NCBI RefSeq assembly: GCF_036321535.1
Contig: NC_087437.1
Location: 33,544,001 to 33,608,000, forward strand
Reading direction: 5' to 3'
Length of the DNA: 64,000 nt
Origin: Camelus dromedarius
Taxonomy: Eukaryota
A model generated the notes under the pieces. The model was given only the letters and a program-made list of their open reading frames with translations, searched no databases and was not told the DNA's origin. Every line of letters starts with the position of its first letter. The stretch's first letter is position 1. This document shows positions 13,601-27,456 of this stretch, piece after piece. Both the position numbers and the translations under genes were made by a program.

Positions 13601-14251
13601 AAAGTGTTTGTGTGTGTGGTGTACATGTACACGTATGTGTATATTCTCTGGATGTGCTTTTGTTTGTGGAGCAGAGGAAAAGGTGAACAGGGACCATTTA
13701 AGCACACACAGTAGATTACTTTCACCTAATACCAGACAACTGCTGAAATTGGAAGGCTTAATGAGCTGGTGTAACGCTCTTAGGTTTATGTCTTTGCATC
13801 AACAGGGAAAAACCTCCAAATGATCCAGGTTTAAGTAATGGGATGCATTCTGAATTGTTAAAATTAGACTATTTTGGTAGCAATGAACATAGACAATTCC
13901 ATGCTTCATCTTGAGAATGCATGTTTTTAAAGATAGCAGGAAATCCATAGTTTGGGCTGTGGTGAATTATAATCTAATGAATTTGCAATGATCATAAATT
14001 ATTAAGCCACCACAAAATTGTAGCTAATTGGATTCCAAGGCCTGTTAAAGCTTATAACCATTTCCACTGATATTTTCAAGACCTTCTTACAGAGTGAGCA
14101 TCTTGACTATTCTGTGTGTAGGATGGGTGAGGAAGGAATGTCAGGACTCTTTTCCCTAAAGGGAGTGTCCCAGAATGCATTTGGTCTCTCTCACCTTGCA
14201 TCTGGGGAAATGCTGCAATATATTATAATGGCCTTTAAATGTGACGTGTGG

Positions 14252-15849
14252 TGTGAGGTGATACCTCATTGTAGTTTTGATTTGCATTTCTCTGATAATT
14301 AGTGATATTGAGCATTTTTTCATGTGCCTATTGATCATTTGTATGTCTTCCTTGGAGAATTGCTTGTTTAGGTCTTATGCCTATTTTTGGATTGTGTTGT
14401 TTGTTTTTTTCTTATTATATTATATGAGCTGCTTATGTAGTCTGGAGATCAAGCCTTTGTCGGTTTTGTCTTTTGCAAAAATTTTCTCCCATTCCGTAGG
14501 TTGTCGTTTTGTTTTATTTATGGTTTCCTTTGCTGTGCAGAAGCTTGTAAGTTTAATTAGGTACCATTTGTTTATTCTTGCTTTTATTTCTATTGCTTGG
14601 GTAGTCTGCCCGAAGAGTACATTTTTGAGATGTAAGTGAGATAATGTTTGCCTATGTTTTCTTCTAGGAGGTTTATTGTATCTTGCCTTATGTTTAGGTC
14701 TTTAATCCATTTTGAGTTGATTTTTGTACATGGTGTAAGGGAGTGTTCTAGCTTCATTGATTTACATGCTGCTGTCCAGTTTTCCCAACACCATTTGCTG
14801 AAGAGACTGTCGTTATTCCATTGTATATTCTTGCCTCCTTTGTCGAAGATGAGTTGACCAAAAGTTTGTGGGTTCATTTCTGGGCTCTCTATTCTGTTCC
14901 ATTGGTCCATATGTGTGTTTTTTGTACCAATACCATGCTGTCTTGATGACTGTAGCTCTTTAGTATTGTCTGAAGTCTGGGAGAGTTATTCCTCCAGCCT
15001 CTTTGTTTTCCTTCAGTAATGCTTTGGCAATTCTAGGTCTTTTGTGGTTCCATATAAATTTTATTATGATTTGTTCTAGTTCTGTGAAATATGTCCTGGG
15101 TAATTTGGTAGGGCTGTGGAGAAAAGGGAACCCTCCTACACTGCTGGTGGGAATGCAGTTTGGTGCAGCCACTGTGGAAAACAGTATGGAGATTCCTCAA
15201 AAGACTAGGACTAGACTTACCATATGACCCAGGAATCCTGCTCCTGGGCATATATCCAGAAGGAATCCTACTTCAAAAATACACCTGCACCCCAATGTTC
15301 ATAGCAGCACTATTTACAATAGCCAAGACATGGAAAGAGCCTAAATGTCCATCAACAGATGACTGGATAAAGAAGATGTGGTATATTTATACAATGGAAT
15401 ACTATTCAGCCATCAAATGGCAACGTAATGCCATTTGCAGCAACATGGATGTCCCAGGAGAATGTCATTCTAAGTGAAGTAAGCCAGAAAGAGAAAGAAA
15501 AATACCATATGAGATTGCTCATATGTGGAATCTAAAAAAAAAAAAAAAAGAACATAAATACAAAACAGAAACAGACTCATAGACATAGAATACAAACTTG
15601 TGGTTGCCAAGGGGGTGGAGGGTGGGCAGGAACAGATGGGATTTCAAAATTGTTGAATAGATAAACAAGATTACACTGTATAGCACAGGGAAATATATAC
15701 AAGATCTTATGGTAGCTCACAGCAAAAAAAAATGTGGCAATGAATATATGTATGTTCATGTATAACTGAAAAATTGTGCTCTACACTAGAATTTGACACA
15801 ACATTGTAAAATGACTGTAACTCAATAAAAAAATGTTAAAAAAATAAAT
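14252..15849 (+). mobile_element. Young 5'-truncated, 5'-inverted L1 (ORF2 C-terminal part, 3' UTR, A tail) with TSD
   Basis: 14252-~15110 is antisense ORF2 (track ORFs [10 protein letters not shown]...[22 protein letters not shown]). ~15111-15849 is sense ([11 protein letters not shown]...CTPMFIAALFTIAKTW). TSD aaatgtga(c/t)gtgtgg at 14237-14251 and 15850-15864. Confidence 0.95.
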
Positions 15850-17730
15850 AAATGTGATGTGTGGGTTCCTTGGCTGTCTCCCCACCTTAGTACTTCAAAG
15901 CTGCTTGACCGCAGAGAATGACCAGGTCCAGAGTGGACTCTAAACAAGTGCTAGCTGAATGGAGCCTATTGTGTGCAACAGGTTTTTCTCAAAGATTCTG
16001 GCTGGGAGCATTCCTCAAAGAAGATTCTACCAGATTTCCACATGGTAAAGGAGAAACATTTACCCAAAGAGTATGGTATAAATGTTTTATCAAAGAGGGA
16101 ATGCATTTGCAAAAGAGCTTCCCAACACAGGTGAGAATATGGAAGCTACAGAGCAGGTGTGTATGAAGTCTAAGAACACAGTCATTGGAGAGTTCAGGGT
16201 GGAGTCCTCAATTTGCAGATTTTACAGGTACTGAGAGTGATGATTTCATATTGAATGGGGAGGGCTAAGTGATGATTAGTAAGGCAATTTAGTGGAGAAG
16301 AGAGATGTGTGGTCTCGTCACCAGGTTGGGGATGGGCGTGGAGTGAGCTGTGCAGGGGAGGTGACGACATTTGTAAGTTTAATAACCTGGAATAGCAGAG
16401 ACGCCAGTCCATATTTTGTTCCAATAATTTCTTACTCTGTCTCCTCTTTTCTTCCTCGTCTTCCACCTTTAGAAAACCACCCCTTTTTCCCCTGTTTATT
16501 TCCTCTTGATTTTAAGGTAACAGTGTCATTATATCTTGAGTGTCTAAAAGATGTAACAGTAGTTCTAATAACAGGGAACTCAACTGAAGTTTAATTTCCT
16601 CTTTGGGACTTTAGTGTTCCTTCTGAACATTCTGCTGTAGCTCTTTGAAGGAGAAATATCAATTCTGACATATCTTGGTTTAGAATAAATTACTTACCAA
16701 GTTGTTCACACGCTTGTTATGAAGCAATTTGGGCAATCACTAAAATCATGAAATGTAATGGTATGAATCTAATAATGGGGAATTTCTTATACGACCAGAA
16801 TAAAGTCATCTCATTGGGAATTTATTCTGGTTTTGAAAAGTGATGCTCTGTTTAGTTGCCCTTCTGTAATATTTGTCCTTCCATATGGTTTTCTCTATTC
16901 AAGAAAATTAACGGTTGACTTAGAATGGATAGTCAATGGAAGGAAGCTTTATTCTTCTGCATGATCTGCCTTTGGTGTTGCTAGCCATATGTGGTACTCA
17001 GCTGTTAGTAGTTATAATATGGAAGGAGTAAATAGGCATTCTTATTTGTAATGGTGTCATGGCTCATCACACGGCAAAGCAGATGTGGACACACCATCTT
17101 CTGTTGCCTTGTCTGTCTGCCTGCTTTGTCTCCATCTCCCTCAATAAAGGTCATCCTTATGGAGCAAGCCCCTAATCCATACCTTGGAACTTTGCATTTC
17201 AACTTCGGTGCCATTCCCACCGCCCTCTCCACTCTCTGCAGGCAGGCACGCCATTCAAGCTGGCCAGAAGGAGCCCGTGCCCCACCAGGAGCACATGGAG
17301 CCGTTCACCTCCTTTCCTTGGGCCTCTTGGGACATCAGCTTTCAGGCTCTCTTGTCACACACACAAGAGTCAGGCTTATTTCACTGATCTGCCTTCAGTC
17401 CTGAATGTCAAAATGTTTGAACCAGTTTTTGAGTAAAAACAGTCTTAGACAACTCCTTGGCTACTTAACACTCATCTTTCCTCCTCTGGTTGTTTTGGCC
17501 CTTTCAAGGGGCAGGAGGACAGGGCTGTGTCTGCTTGTCTTCTTCCCTGGCCCCCTTGTGTCCTCATCCCTAGCACAGTGCCTGACACAGATGATTATAT
17601 TTTTACTAAGTCGTGAGTGACACCATGAATAAATGCAAAAGGGAGGCATGCTGACTTGCAGCACCTCTTCTTCATGTTCTTTCTCAAGTTCTGTTTTCAG
17701 TTTCATGCTTTCTGTGTTGTGGCCTCCATT

Positions 17731-17889
17731 TAATTACCATATGATCCAGCAATCCCATTCCTGGGAATATATCTGGAGAAAATTCTAATTTGAAAAGATA
17801 CATGCACCCCAGTGTTCATAGCGGCACTATTTACAATAGCCAAGACATGGAAGCAACCTAAATGTCCATCGACAGATGACTGGATAAAG

Positions 17890-17927
<38 letters not shown>

Positions 17928-18094
17928 CTGTGTGTCTATATCTATATATGTATATAGAATACTACTCAGCCGTAAGAAAGAATGAAATAATGCCATTTTC
18001 AGCACCATGGATGGACCTAGAAGTTATCATACTAAGTGAAGTAAGCCAGACAGAGAAAGACAAATATCATATGATATCACTTATACGTGGAATC
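17731..18094 (+). mobile_element. L1 ORF2 C-terminal / 3' UTR fragment containing a (TG)n expansion
   Basis: ttaccatatgatccagcaatcccattcctgggaatatatc...gacaaatatcatatgatatcacttatacgtggaatc; TG run at ~17892-17923. Confidence 0.9.
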
Positions 18095-19939
18095 ATTCAT
18101 CTTTTAATGAATATTTATTGAATATTCCTCTTAACACCGAAGTTATTGCTGTGTCCAGAATTATGCTGGATGCTAGATTTATCATACTTGATGTACTCGT
18201 GAAGTCATAATCCAAGCCCAGAAAGTTCAGCGTCCATTGGGTCTGGTGGGCAGTCGGGTATAGAAGTAAGTTTTCCCTTCCCTAAGTATATTATGCCTTT
18301 TTCATTTGATCTCATATGGACAGATATACATGGGTTCCCCTTCCCCCTTCCACAACCAAGGAGTGCCTAAGAGAACTAGAAATAAAGTCCCACGGTGTCA
18401 AAAAGAACAATGTTACCCTTACAAGTACAGAATTTTTGGAATTGCATCCAGCATTGCTAGAAATCATACTGTTGCACACCTGCCAGCAGTCTTAATTTTA
18501 AAAACACATGATACTCACTTTCCTTCCTGACTAGGGTAGTATGTATCAAATTCTCACCCAGAAGTATTGAAAGCAGAAAATGCTTAGCATGGATATTATT
18601 GTTAGGGGATGTGGGAAGAAATAGCCATATAGAAACCTAACCTTTATATTAGGCCTTCTGTTTTCAGTTTAAAATTAACACAAACTTTGGACTTTGTTCT
18701 AAAATCATGCATTTGTTATCCATGAAGTAAAAATGAACCCCTGGAAAATGCGCCCTAATCTTAAGCTCTGTGTGCCCCTGGCCTGTTGCCTGCACACCCC
18801 AGTTTGCTAAGTTCAGAAGTAGGATTTGCAAGTTTGAAAGATACTTTAAAAGTTCAATGAAAAAAATAAATTCTACCCTTAAACGCTTAGGTGATATTAA
18901 GAAAAATAAAATACGGGCAATATAAGGGCGATGCTGAGCATAACACATTCACACAAGATTTCAGAGAAGCAACATTTACTTTGAGAGGGGGAAACTTCCA
19001 GGAAGTTTTCAAGAGAAGGCAACATTCCAGGCAGTAAGAATCTTCCTTCATATGTAAAGTGAAAATATAGCTCAGGATCTACTTTTTAGTTTCTCTGTCT
19101 CTTCCTCCCACATCTAGTCTGAGAACAGCTCACCTCACAACTTCTGATAATCTCATCCTTTTGAATTCTTTTATTTGCTGCAAGTTAGGAAACAATAAGA
19201 TTAAATTTGCTAAAGAATTGTTTTCTAAAGGAAACCCTAAATGAAGACTTTACAGGTGAAATGGGTGGGTTCAGGGACTGTGGGAGGGGTGTTTGGAACT
19301 CAGAGGACCTTACATCCAGCTGTGTTCCATGTAGTGCAGTGTTTTCTGAGGGACCACTCTCCAGATAATTGAGATGATGCTGTATTATTTGAGGATAACA
19401 TATGCACTATAATGCATTATTACTATTTTGTTTCTGTTTTTAAAAATATCTTCATCATTGTTTTATTTCAACTAATGCATGGACTGACTCATTCCCAGTT
19501 TTGGAATGCCCAATCTTCAGTTGGGGTTTTAATGACATGTTGATGCTCCAGGAGGTTTAAGTGGAGTGGAGCGTGGGGTAGTCAGGGAAGGGGGTTGGAG
19601 GAACAGATGGGGCCGGTCACACAGAATCTCAGTGAAATCTTGGCAGGCCCAGGGGTAAGGGCTCTATCTGCTAGGAGAGGAGAGGTGAGAAGTGTTTCAA
19701 GCAGGTGATGGACTTAAGGACGAGGTTAGCATTTGGGGTTGCTTATTCCAGCAGGTGATAAGTCCTTAACAAAGGGCAGTGGAAACAGAAAGGGTATGCT
19801 GTGGAGATGATTAGGAAGTCGAATTGGCAGAGCTGGGTGACTAATGGGAAACGGGTTTAGAGTGAGCCAGGAGAAGGTGTCGAGGTGCACACCTATGTTT
19901 TGGAGGGGCTGGAGAGAGAACACTAATAAACATTTAAGA

Positions 19940-20750
19940 ATAATGAAAATAACAAACATACTGAGCACCTACTATGTACCCAGTGCAAGACTGAATGATT
20001 TACATGAGTTTTTAATCATCAAGTCTCATAGTAGCGCTTGGAATTTGGTACAATTAGTGTCTGCATGTTAAGGGTGATGAAACTGAGGCTCAGAGGGGTC
20101 ACCCAGCCCAAGATCACACAGCTAGAATGGAGCAGAGGTGGGCACCACAGGAATGACAAGACAAGAGAGACATAATTGTAGTCTATAGTAAAACAGGCAC
20201 TTAAGGAATGTCTTTATGGGTGGCTGGCAATTTATTGTATGTAAAACACTTTAAAATATGTTATTTTCGTGGATCCTCACAAAACACTGTGTAGTAGACA
20301 TTGTCATCGTTTCAGAAATGATGAAAGCGAGATGCCAGGGAGTCAGTCGGTTATCTAAGGTCACACAGTGGGTAGATGGTACATCTGGTTCAGATAAGAA
20401 GTCTGAGTACTTTGCAGAGAACATTCCGACTTCTTTTTTACAGGCACCATCCGTGCTATATCGCGGCTGCTCACGCTGTTGCAGGCTCCACGTCATTCAT
20501 GAGGAAAGAGTGAAGAGGATGAAGTTTAGATTCTGGAATCAGATTGCTTTGATTGGCATGCCATTTCTCCTTTAAGACCTTGGTCAAATTACTTAATCTC
20601 TTGGAGTCTGTTTTCTTATTCAGGTCATGGGAATAATGATTGCATCTTTTGCTATTTTTATGGGACTGCAGCCATAATTTTTAAAAGAGAATTTACGCAA
20701 AGTGCCTGGCACCTAGTAAAATTCAATAAACGTTAGTAGTAATAACAGTA
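19940..20750. mobile_element. Cluster of three MIR SINEs (~19940-20140 minus, ~20240-20410 minus, ~20520-20750 plus)
   Basis: gatgaaactgaggctcagagg; aaggtcacacagtgggtagatgg; gaccttggtcaaattacttaatctc...aaagtgcctggcacctagtaa. Confidence 0.75.
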
Positions 20751-23700
20751 GTTCAAAGAAATGACACACAATTAGCTGTGGAAGGAAATATTAAAATACA
20801 CAAAATTGCATTTGTGGTGAACTTTTTAAAGAATTTCAGAAGTTTTAGAAAGAGCAATACTGGGGTTAGGAGATCAACAGTATTTTTAACCCTAATAATT
20901 ATTTTTGTTCACGCTGGCAGTAGGGTTTATGAACAGGAAAGTTAAATGACTGGAAATGCACTTAAAGAAAAGCAGTTAGGCAACCCAATGCAACCCAGTC
21001 CTGGTGATGTCAGTATGTTCCTGAACACGGCTGGTAGTGGAGGGAGCAGAAAAGGTGAGATGGGCAGGCCTGACGTGCTGCAGAGCATGATAGGAGAGCT
21101 CTTCCCAGCATGCATTTGAGTTCCTTCATCACAGTCACTTGGTGAATGCATAAGAAATGCAAACTCGTTTTCCAATTGGACTAAACAAAAAATCTAATCT
21201 GAACAGCATTTGCTACACTGCGTTGAAGGGCATTCTAGAATCAGGTATAACTGATTTGGGAGTTATGTGTTCTGATTGCTTGCACTTTGTTTTTGTGTCC
21301 TTTGGCACAGGACACCTGGAGTTGGTGTATGGGCTTACCCTTCCACCTTTGCTATTCGGTTTGCATTCTGACACGTGTTTATTTGCTGGCTTGTATGTAT
21401 ACGTGTATTTGAGTTTTCTGCTTGAAATGTGGTATCTAGAATTTTTTTTCAAAAAGCAGAAATATACAAGATGCAAAAATATCTACACCCTAGTAGTTGA
21501 ACCTAGTATTTCAGTCTCAGTTGAGTTTTCATGGTTGTCCTAGTGTTAAGCTGAAATAACTTTTTTTTTCATGAAAGTATAGTTGATTTACAAGCTGAAA
21601 TAACAATAGAGTGACCAATTTAAAATTATTACTAATAGCGTTTTACTTTCTTATTTCCTAGATTTAGTAGAAGTGGTTAAGACTTTTTGTAATGAGTTCA
21701 TTCTGTAACAGTAACCTTAGAATGCCTGTGATTTAAAACTAGCAAAAGTTCTTGAGAACATTATGCACACTTAGGGAAAGGAGAAGGGGTACACTTAAGC
21801 CTAACGGATATTTTTCAACATAACATTGGGCAGGCTTCCCCTGTCTGACAGTTCTGGGTCCACTGGGGCTTTCTAGTACAGCCGGATGGAGTTGTAGGTG
21901 CTTATTCAAATTAGGGCATGGGATGGACTTGGGTGATCAGGTTGTAAGTGTACCCTTCCAAGTTGGTACCCTCCCCCGCCATCTACTCCAGGAGACTCTT
22001 AGCAACTGAAATCATCTCAGATCCAAGGTGACCAATGACTTAAATGGTCATAATTGGATTTTCATGTAGAATGTTTCTCTTTGGCATGTGTTCAAATGAG
22101 CTCACGTGTTTGGCACCCTCAGATTTGGCCGTCAAAGGCATTTATGTCCTCATGCCTACAAACATAGCCTGGTTGGTCAAACAAGAATAAAGAATGAGCT
22201 ATTACAGCAGTTCCCATGATCATATTGTATGTGTATAAGTTTGTAATTTTCACTGTGTATGAGGCAATAAATAATCATGCTACTGAGACCTTACATAGTG
22301 AGGCCAGTATCACCTCACTCAGTGATTGTCACCATAAAACCACAGCACCTCTGCATCTCATCGGACATTCAGAATGTTCTTAAAGGGCTAGAAATAGGCA
22401 AATCAAATCTCTTTTGAACTCTACTACCTCATATATGCCTCATGTGCCCATAACTTACCTGAATGAAGCCTTTAAATGAGCTGTTGATGTCCTATTAGCC
22501 ATTTTTTTTTTCCTCCCAAAGAAATTCATGTTCAGCTGCAAGGTAACTGCCCTGCCTGAAATTTACAGGTCTGTCAGCCATAAAAAACATTAATGCATAA
22601 TACATAAACAAAATGTATACTCTTTTTGCAAAAAACGGCAAAAAAAAAAAAAAAAAAGAGGGAGAGAGACAAAGGAGTTTAGTCTCTGCTTTCCAAAGGG
22701 AGAAAACATGAATGTTGCATTTTTATTTTTGATGCCTTTTTGCCTTTAAATGTATGAGATGACTATTAATGCCCATATTCATAGCAGGGGTAGGAGGGAA
22801 ATGCAGTAAATTGTAAAGCACATTTACATTATAACAAGGCCCAGGGAAGCACTGTAATTCACACAGTTATTTCAACAGAGGTTTGGACTCCCTCCAATTT
22901 AATTTTCTGAAGTTGGGCTGTGCAGCTGGGTCATTCCTGGTCTAATCTGGGAAATGTATCTCTTAAGGCTGTGGATCAGAATGCCAGTCTCCCAGCTGTC
23001 ACCAAGGAACATCATTTACAGCCACTGAGGTCCGAGGGCAGAGCATCAGAATCACTTTATGTGGACCCAGCAGCCTAGCTAGCTTCATAAATTCTGTTGC
23101 AAAGAGCAATAATCAATATTTCATGTTTAATGATGCAGGGCTAAAATTAGTATAGATTTTATGTCTTCTACTTTTCCAAATTATGCAAACATTAGTAACC
23201 CCTTTTTTAGTGCCCTTGTTACACTTCCATTAAAAAAAGGGTGATGGGGTGGTGATGGAGGAGATTGAGGAAGCCTGGTGATGTTTAACTGAATGATTGA
23301 ATAGTCAAAAGGGTCAAAGTAATTTTGGCTTTTACCTTTTGTTAAATACTTACCCTTAGGTTAATACGAAATTATTCCCAGCTCAAAAATGACGTGTGTA
23401 AGTGGTACAGGCTTTGTCACCTATAGCTACACAATGAAGCAAATTGCAGATTGTGTTCACGTGTTTTAAGTTACCTTAAGTGCTCCGGGATATGCTGAGA
23501 ATAAAATGGCCAGGACATAAGTTGGAAAAGTTAAAAGTTTGCCATTTAGCTGCAAGTGCACTTTAGAGAAAAAGCAATTTTGAGTGGATTTCTGATTTTA
23601 ATCTTGTCCAAAGAACATACCCTGCTTGTTTAGACAGTAGAAGTAGCAGGAACAGGAAAAAAAAAAAAAAAAAAAACCAAGAAGAGTGTTTTGTTAGTGG

Positions 23701-24779
23701 TCAGGTTACGCGGCCGGCTAAGTGGCCGCAGAGAAGAGCTCGTCTAGCCTCTTAGCTGTACTCTCCTGTTTGTGACAGGAGAAGAACCTGCAGGATTAAA
23801 GTGGGAGGGGGAAGCCAGACACAAAAGAACAAGATCCAGAATCCACCATCCAGCGTAAGGGTTCACACCTAAGTGACTTCGGAACAGTTCTAATGACAGT
23901 GGGAAGCATGGGCTTATTTTGGCAAGCGGTCAATTATTCCCGCTAATAGTACAGCCTACAGTTCACAGGCACTCACAGCACAGATTTCATTTGGAAAAAT
24001 GAGATTAAGGAATAGGGAATGCTCTCTGTCTGGGTTATACTTGAGTAATTCACTTGTACTTGCAGAGGGGCTTAGCCAGATGTCAAAAAAGTTAAATCGA
24101 GCATGGTAGAAATTGTCCCCTTACCTGGTGAGTCAAACTGAGCCAGAAAATTGAGGTTAGGCCCTTGAGTTGGGACAACTTCTCTGATAGGGAACAGCCA
24201 TCAGAAAAACATGTTCTTCTGTTAATTAATGTAATTAGTTAATACTATTAATTGAATTTGTTGGATTATAGAAAATGAATTGCAAGGATAGGGCAAACAA
24301 AAGCAAACTTACGATCTTTGAGACTTATGAGCCAGAGTTCAGGGAGAAGACAGAGGACTCACTGAAGAGGGTGAAGGATGTGCCTGTGGATATGGGCAGG
24401 GTGTAGGGAGGACCACGGGGGATGGTGGAGCATCTGGGGCTAGCAAAAACTGGAAGCGAAAGAGGAGGGAAGGGAACAGTGGGAAAGAAATGTCTGGGAG
24501 GGGTGAGAAAAGGGAGCAGTTATGGGAATGTGGCAACAATGGCCAAGTGGCAGAGGCCGTCCCACGGAAGCTGTGGCCTTCAGTGACGCCAACCTGTGCT
24601 CTAGGAAGAGAGGGGAACAGAATAAATCCTCCAGCTGCTCTCTTCTGTTCCCCTCTGATCTCGTGCCAGTGCCTTCCACTGCTCAAACCCTATCCAGAGC
24701 CACAAAACTAAGAGGTTTGCTTGATAAAGTCTAATTTTGAGTCCCCTGGAGCACAGAGGAGAGTGGAGATGAGCAAAGA

Positions 24780-25265
24780 GTATAAATGGGAAGTCAAGGG
24801 GGACCAAGTGTCAGTTATGCAAGATGAGTAAATTCTGGAGATGTAATGTGCAACAGTGTACTTAGTTAACAGTACTGCAGTGGGAACCCGAAATGCGCTA
24901 AGAGGGTAGATCTTAGGTGTTCTCACCATACTCATACACAGAAAAAAGAAAAGAAAATGGTAGTCTTGTTACTAATTTGTCCATTTCTTTTTCTGTTTTT
25001 TGTTACATCTGGGATACCGTCTAACTCACCTGATGTAATATGCATTTTAAAAATGCCGTAACTATTACACACCTTGTTTATAGACAGATGAAATAAGTTT
25101 ATTCCAACCAAAAAAAAAAATATGTGAGATGATGGATGTATTAATTAGCTTGATTGTGGCAGTATTTAACAAGGTGTACAAATGTCAAATATACACCTTA
25201 AATATGTACAATTTATAATTGTCAATTACACCTCAATAAAGCTGGAAAAATATAATGTTAAATAA
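24780..25265 (+). mobile_element. Old L1 3' end (L1MA/MB-like), split by a ~158-nt insert at 24963-25120
   Basis: gctaagagggtagatcttaggtgttctcacca...aaaatggta | insert | tatgtgagatgatggatgtattaattagcttgattgtgg...tacctcaataaagctgg-like end. Confidence 0.85.
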
Positions 25266-27391
25266 AAAAGAAAGCTACAGAATGAGTAAAAAAAAAGAGA
25301 GAGTGAGTGTATCTGGAGAGACAGAGAAAAGTCACCAGAGGACATATAGTTTCTTGGGATTTGGGGGCTATTGAGCTGCTAAGATTTCTTTTCCTCTCAG
25401 TCAGATCAATGCATTCAATTCATTTATTCTACAGATATTTATTAGGTACCAACTAAATGTTTCATTGGGGGAATAGGCACCTCAAGGTGAGTGAGTCACC
25501 ATCTCTGACCTCAAGGAGCTCAGTGGTGGGCCTGGGTGGGTAAGGGGCATTGCTAAAACAGGGATCACTAGGAAGCAGGATGAGGTACCAGGCCCTCATG
25601 CTAAGTTAGGAAAGGCTCCATGGAAGAGGGAAATGTGGGGGGCCTCTGAAGGAAGAATGAGAGTGGGCCGGTAGCAGAGTTGGGGACACAGCTGTCCTCG
25701 AATGTCCAGTAAGAGAGCATGGGAGTTCAGGATTGGGTGAAGTTTCATCTGGAGAGACAATCGGGCTGTGGCTGAGGTCCTGGAATCCATCTGAAAGCAC
25801 CAGGCAGCTGCGTTGGTTTCTAGCAGGGAAATGGCACATTTAGATATGAAACCAGAAACAATGAAGAGTAAGGGAAGAAACCAAGGATGAGAAAGACCAA
25901 TTTGTATATGTTTTTAATGGCAAATTAAAACTTTCTCAAAGAGTGAAACTCTGGGCGAAGATCCATTGAGCAAGCCAAATTCCTATCCATTTCCCAGAAA
26001 ACAGGATGCAGTTTGGAACTTCCAGGCCAGTTGAATTGAAGTGCTTTTGTATAGTTAGCTTAAGTAACCAAATGATGAAATCAATCCTCCAAATTGTCAG
26101 CAGAGCAGCTGTTCAGAAAGCTCTTGTTAGTCATTGACCTTATGTTTAATATGATTTCCTAGAATGTAGACAGTTAGATTGAATAAAGTACTGCATCAAA
26201 GCCCTCCTGCCCCCTCCCCACAGCTCCCTGCAAATGAAGGAACCAAGGCAAATAGAGTAGCTGGCACGGAGTGCAAAAGCCCGCGCCTTCTTGCCCCCCA
26301 GATGCCCAGGGAAAAAGAGGAGAAGAAAACACATCACGCGCATGTGTAAGAGAAGACGGCTCAGTCTCTCTCCTAATCGTAATGCAGGGGGAGAGAAAGA
26401 GCAAGTTCACGACCTAAAAATCCACTTCTTGTTTTCAAGAATATCTAAGGATTCTTATCCACCCTATTTCCTTTCTGTGTAAAAGTAGCTTTAAACCTGA
26501 CCTTTTATATGACCTGAATTTATTGCTTATGTCACTGGAGGAAGGATGGGATGTGCTGATGTACAGTGTGGTATGAAGTTGAACAAATGGGGAATGGGGA
26601 TTGACCTAGGGATGGCCTAGGAGACGTGGATGTCTGGTGGGTTAGAAGCATGCTGAGACCAGTCCTGATGGTCTTTTAGGGGCGAATGAGTGATTAGTGC
26701 TAATTGGGGCTTCCTCATGACATTTCAGCAGTTTCTGATGTGAGACCAGTGGGGTGACCTCAAGGAATGGTTGTCTCCCCAGGACCAGACTTCTGTGGAT
26801 CTTCCTTAAATCCTGCTGTGACTAACAAGACTGGGGACAGGCAGTCTCACCAGGAACCTGGGCCAACTTCTTTCATGTCTCTGAAGCTGAGGCAATGGGA
26901 TTACGGGGACTGTGGAAGCCCGACATTCAGAGCAGGAGTGTGTGCACATTTGTGTGTATGTATGTGTCTGAGCACTGGGGCTCGGGGATGAGGTTACCAA
27001 AAGAGTTACCAAGAGACAAGAGAGGATGTTTGCTAAATGGCCAAACCCATCTCATGTCCCTTAGCGTCCGTCACGCAGCAACTGGCAAACAAAATGCTGT
27101 TAACAGAGTAAATTTGGAAGAGTGTGGATGGATCCACATAAACACATCCTTACTCTGGAAGAATAACAGGAAATATTATCTTTAGTGATGGGAAAAAAAT
27201 CACACAATTCGATTGGCAGTATTGTATTTTAATTTGATCAAGAATCAAATTGTATGTTTAAGCACTTATCCATTGCAGAGCCCAGAACTCTTAATGGTGA
27301 TTATCTCAATTTTGTTAACAGTTGTCCTGAAATATTATAACCCATAAGTACACGCAATCAATTTGTAAGACACTTCTTTTCTTTTTCACAG

Positions 27392-27456
27392 GAAGAACTG
27401 AAAAGATTGCAGAACCCTTTAAAACAAGTTAATGATGGAAAATATTTACTTGAAAA
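27392..27456 (+). CDS. IQCJ: IQCJ / IQCJ-SCHIP1 coding exon 2 (65 nt, phase 0 to 2): [21 protein letters not shown]+AA
   Basis: Strong acceptor cttcttttctttttcacag| and donor AA|gtaagt. Translation matches the recalled human IQCJ N-terminus ([21 protein letters not shown]). Too short for the ORF track. Confidence 0.95.

Noticed and set aside
14156..15477. Reverse-transcriptase-related ORFs as a functional gene
   Set aside because: They are fragments of L1 ORF2 in a truncated, inverted, frameshifted copy.
1..27391. IQCJ exon 1 (start codon, MRL)
   Set aside because: No convincing ATG-Arg-Leu plus donor with promoter context was seen; it is expected far upstream of the window.
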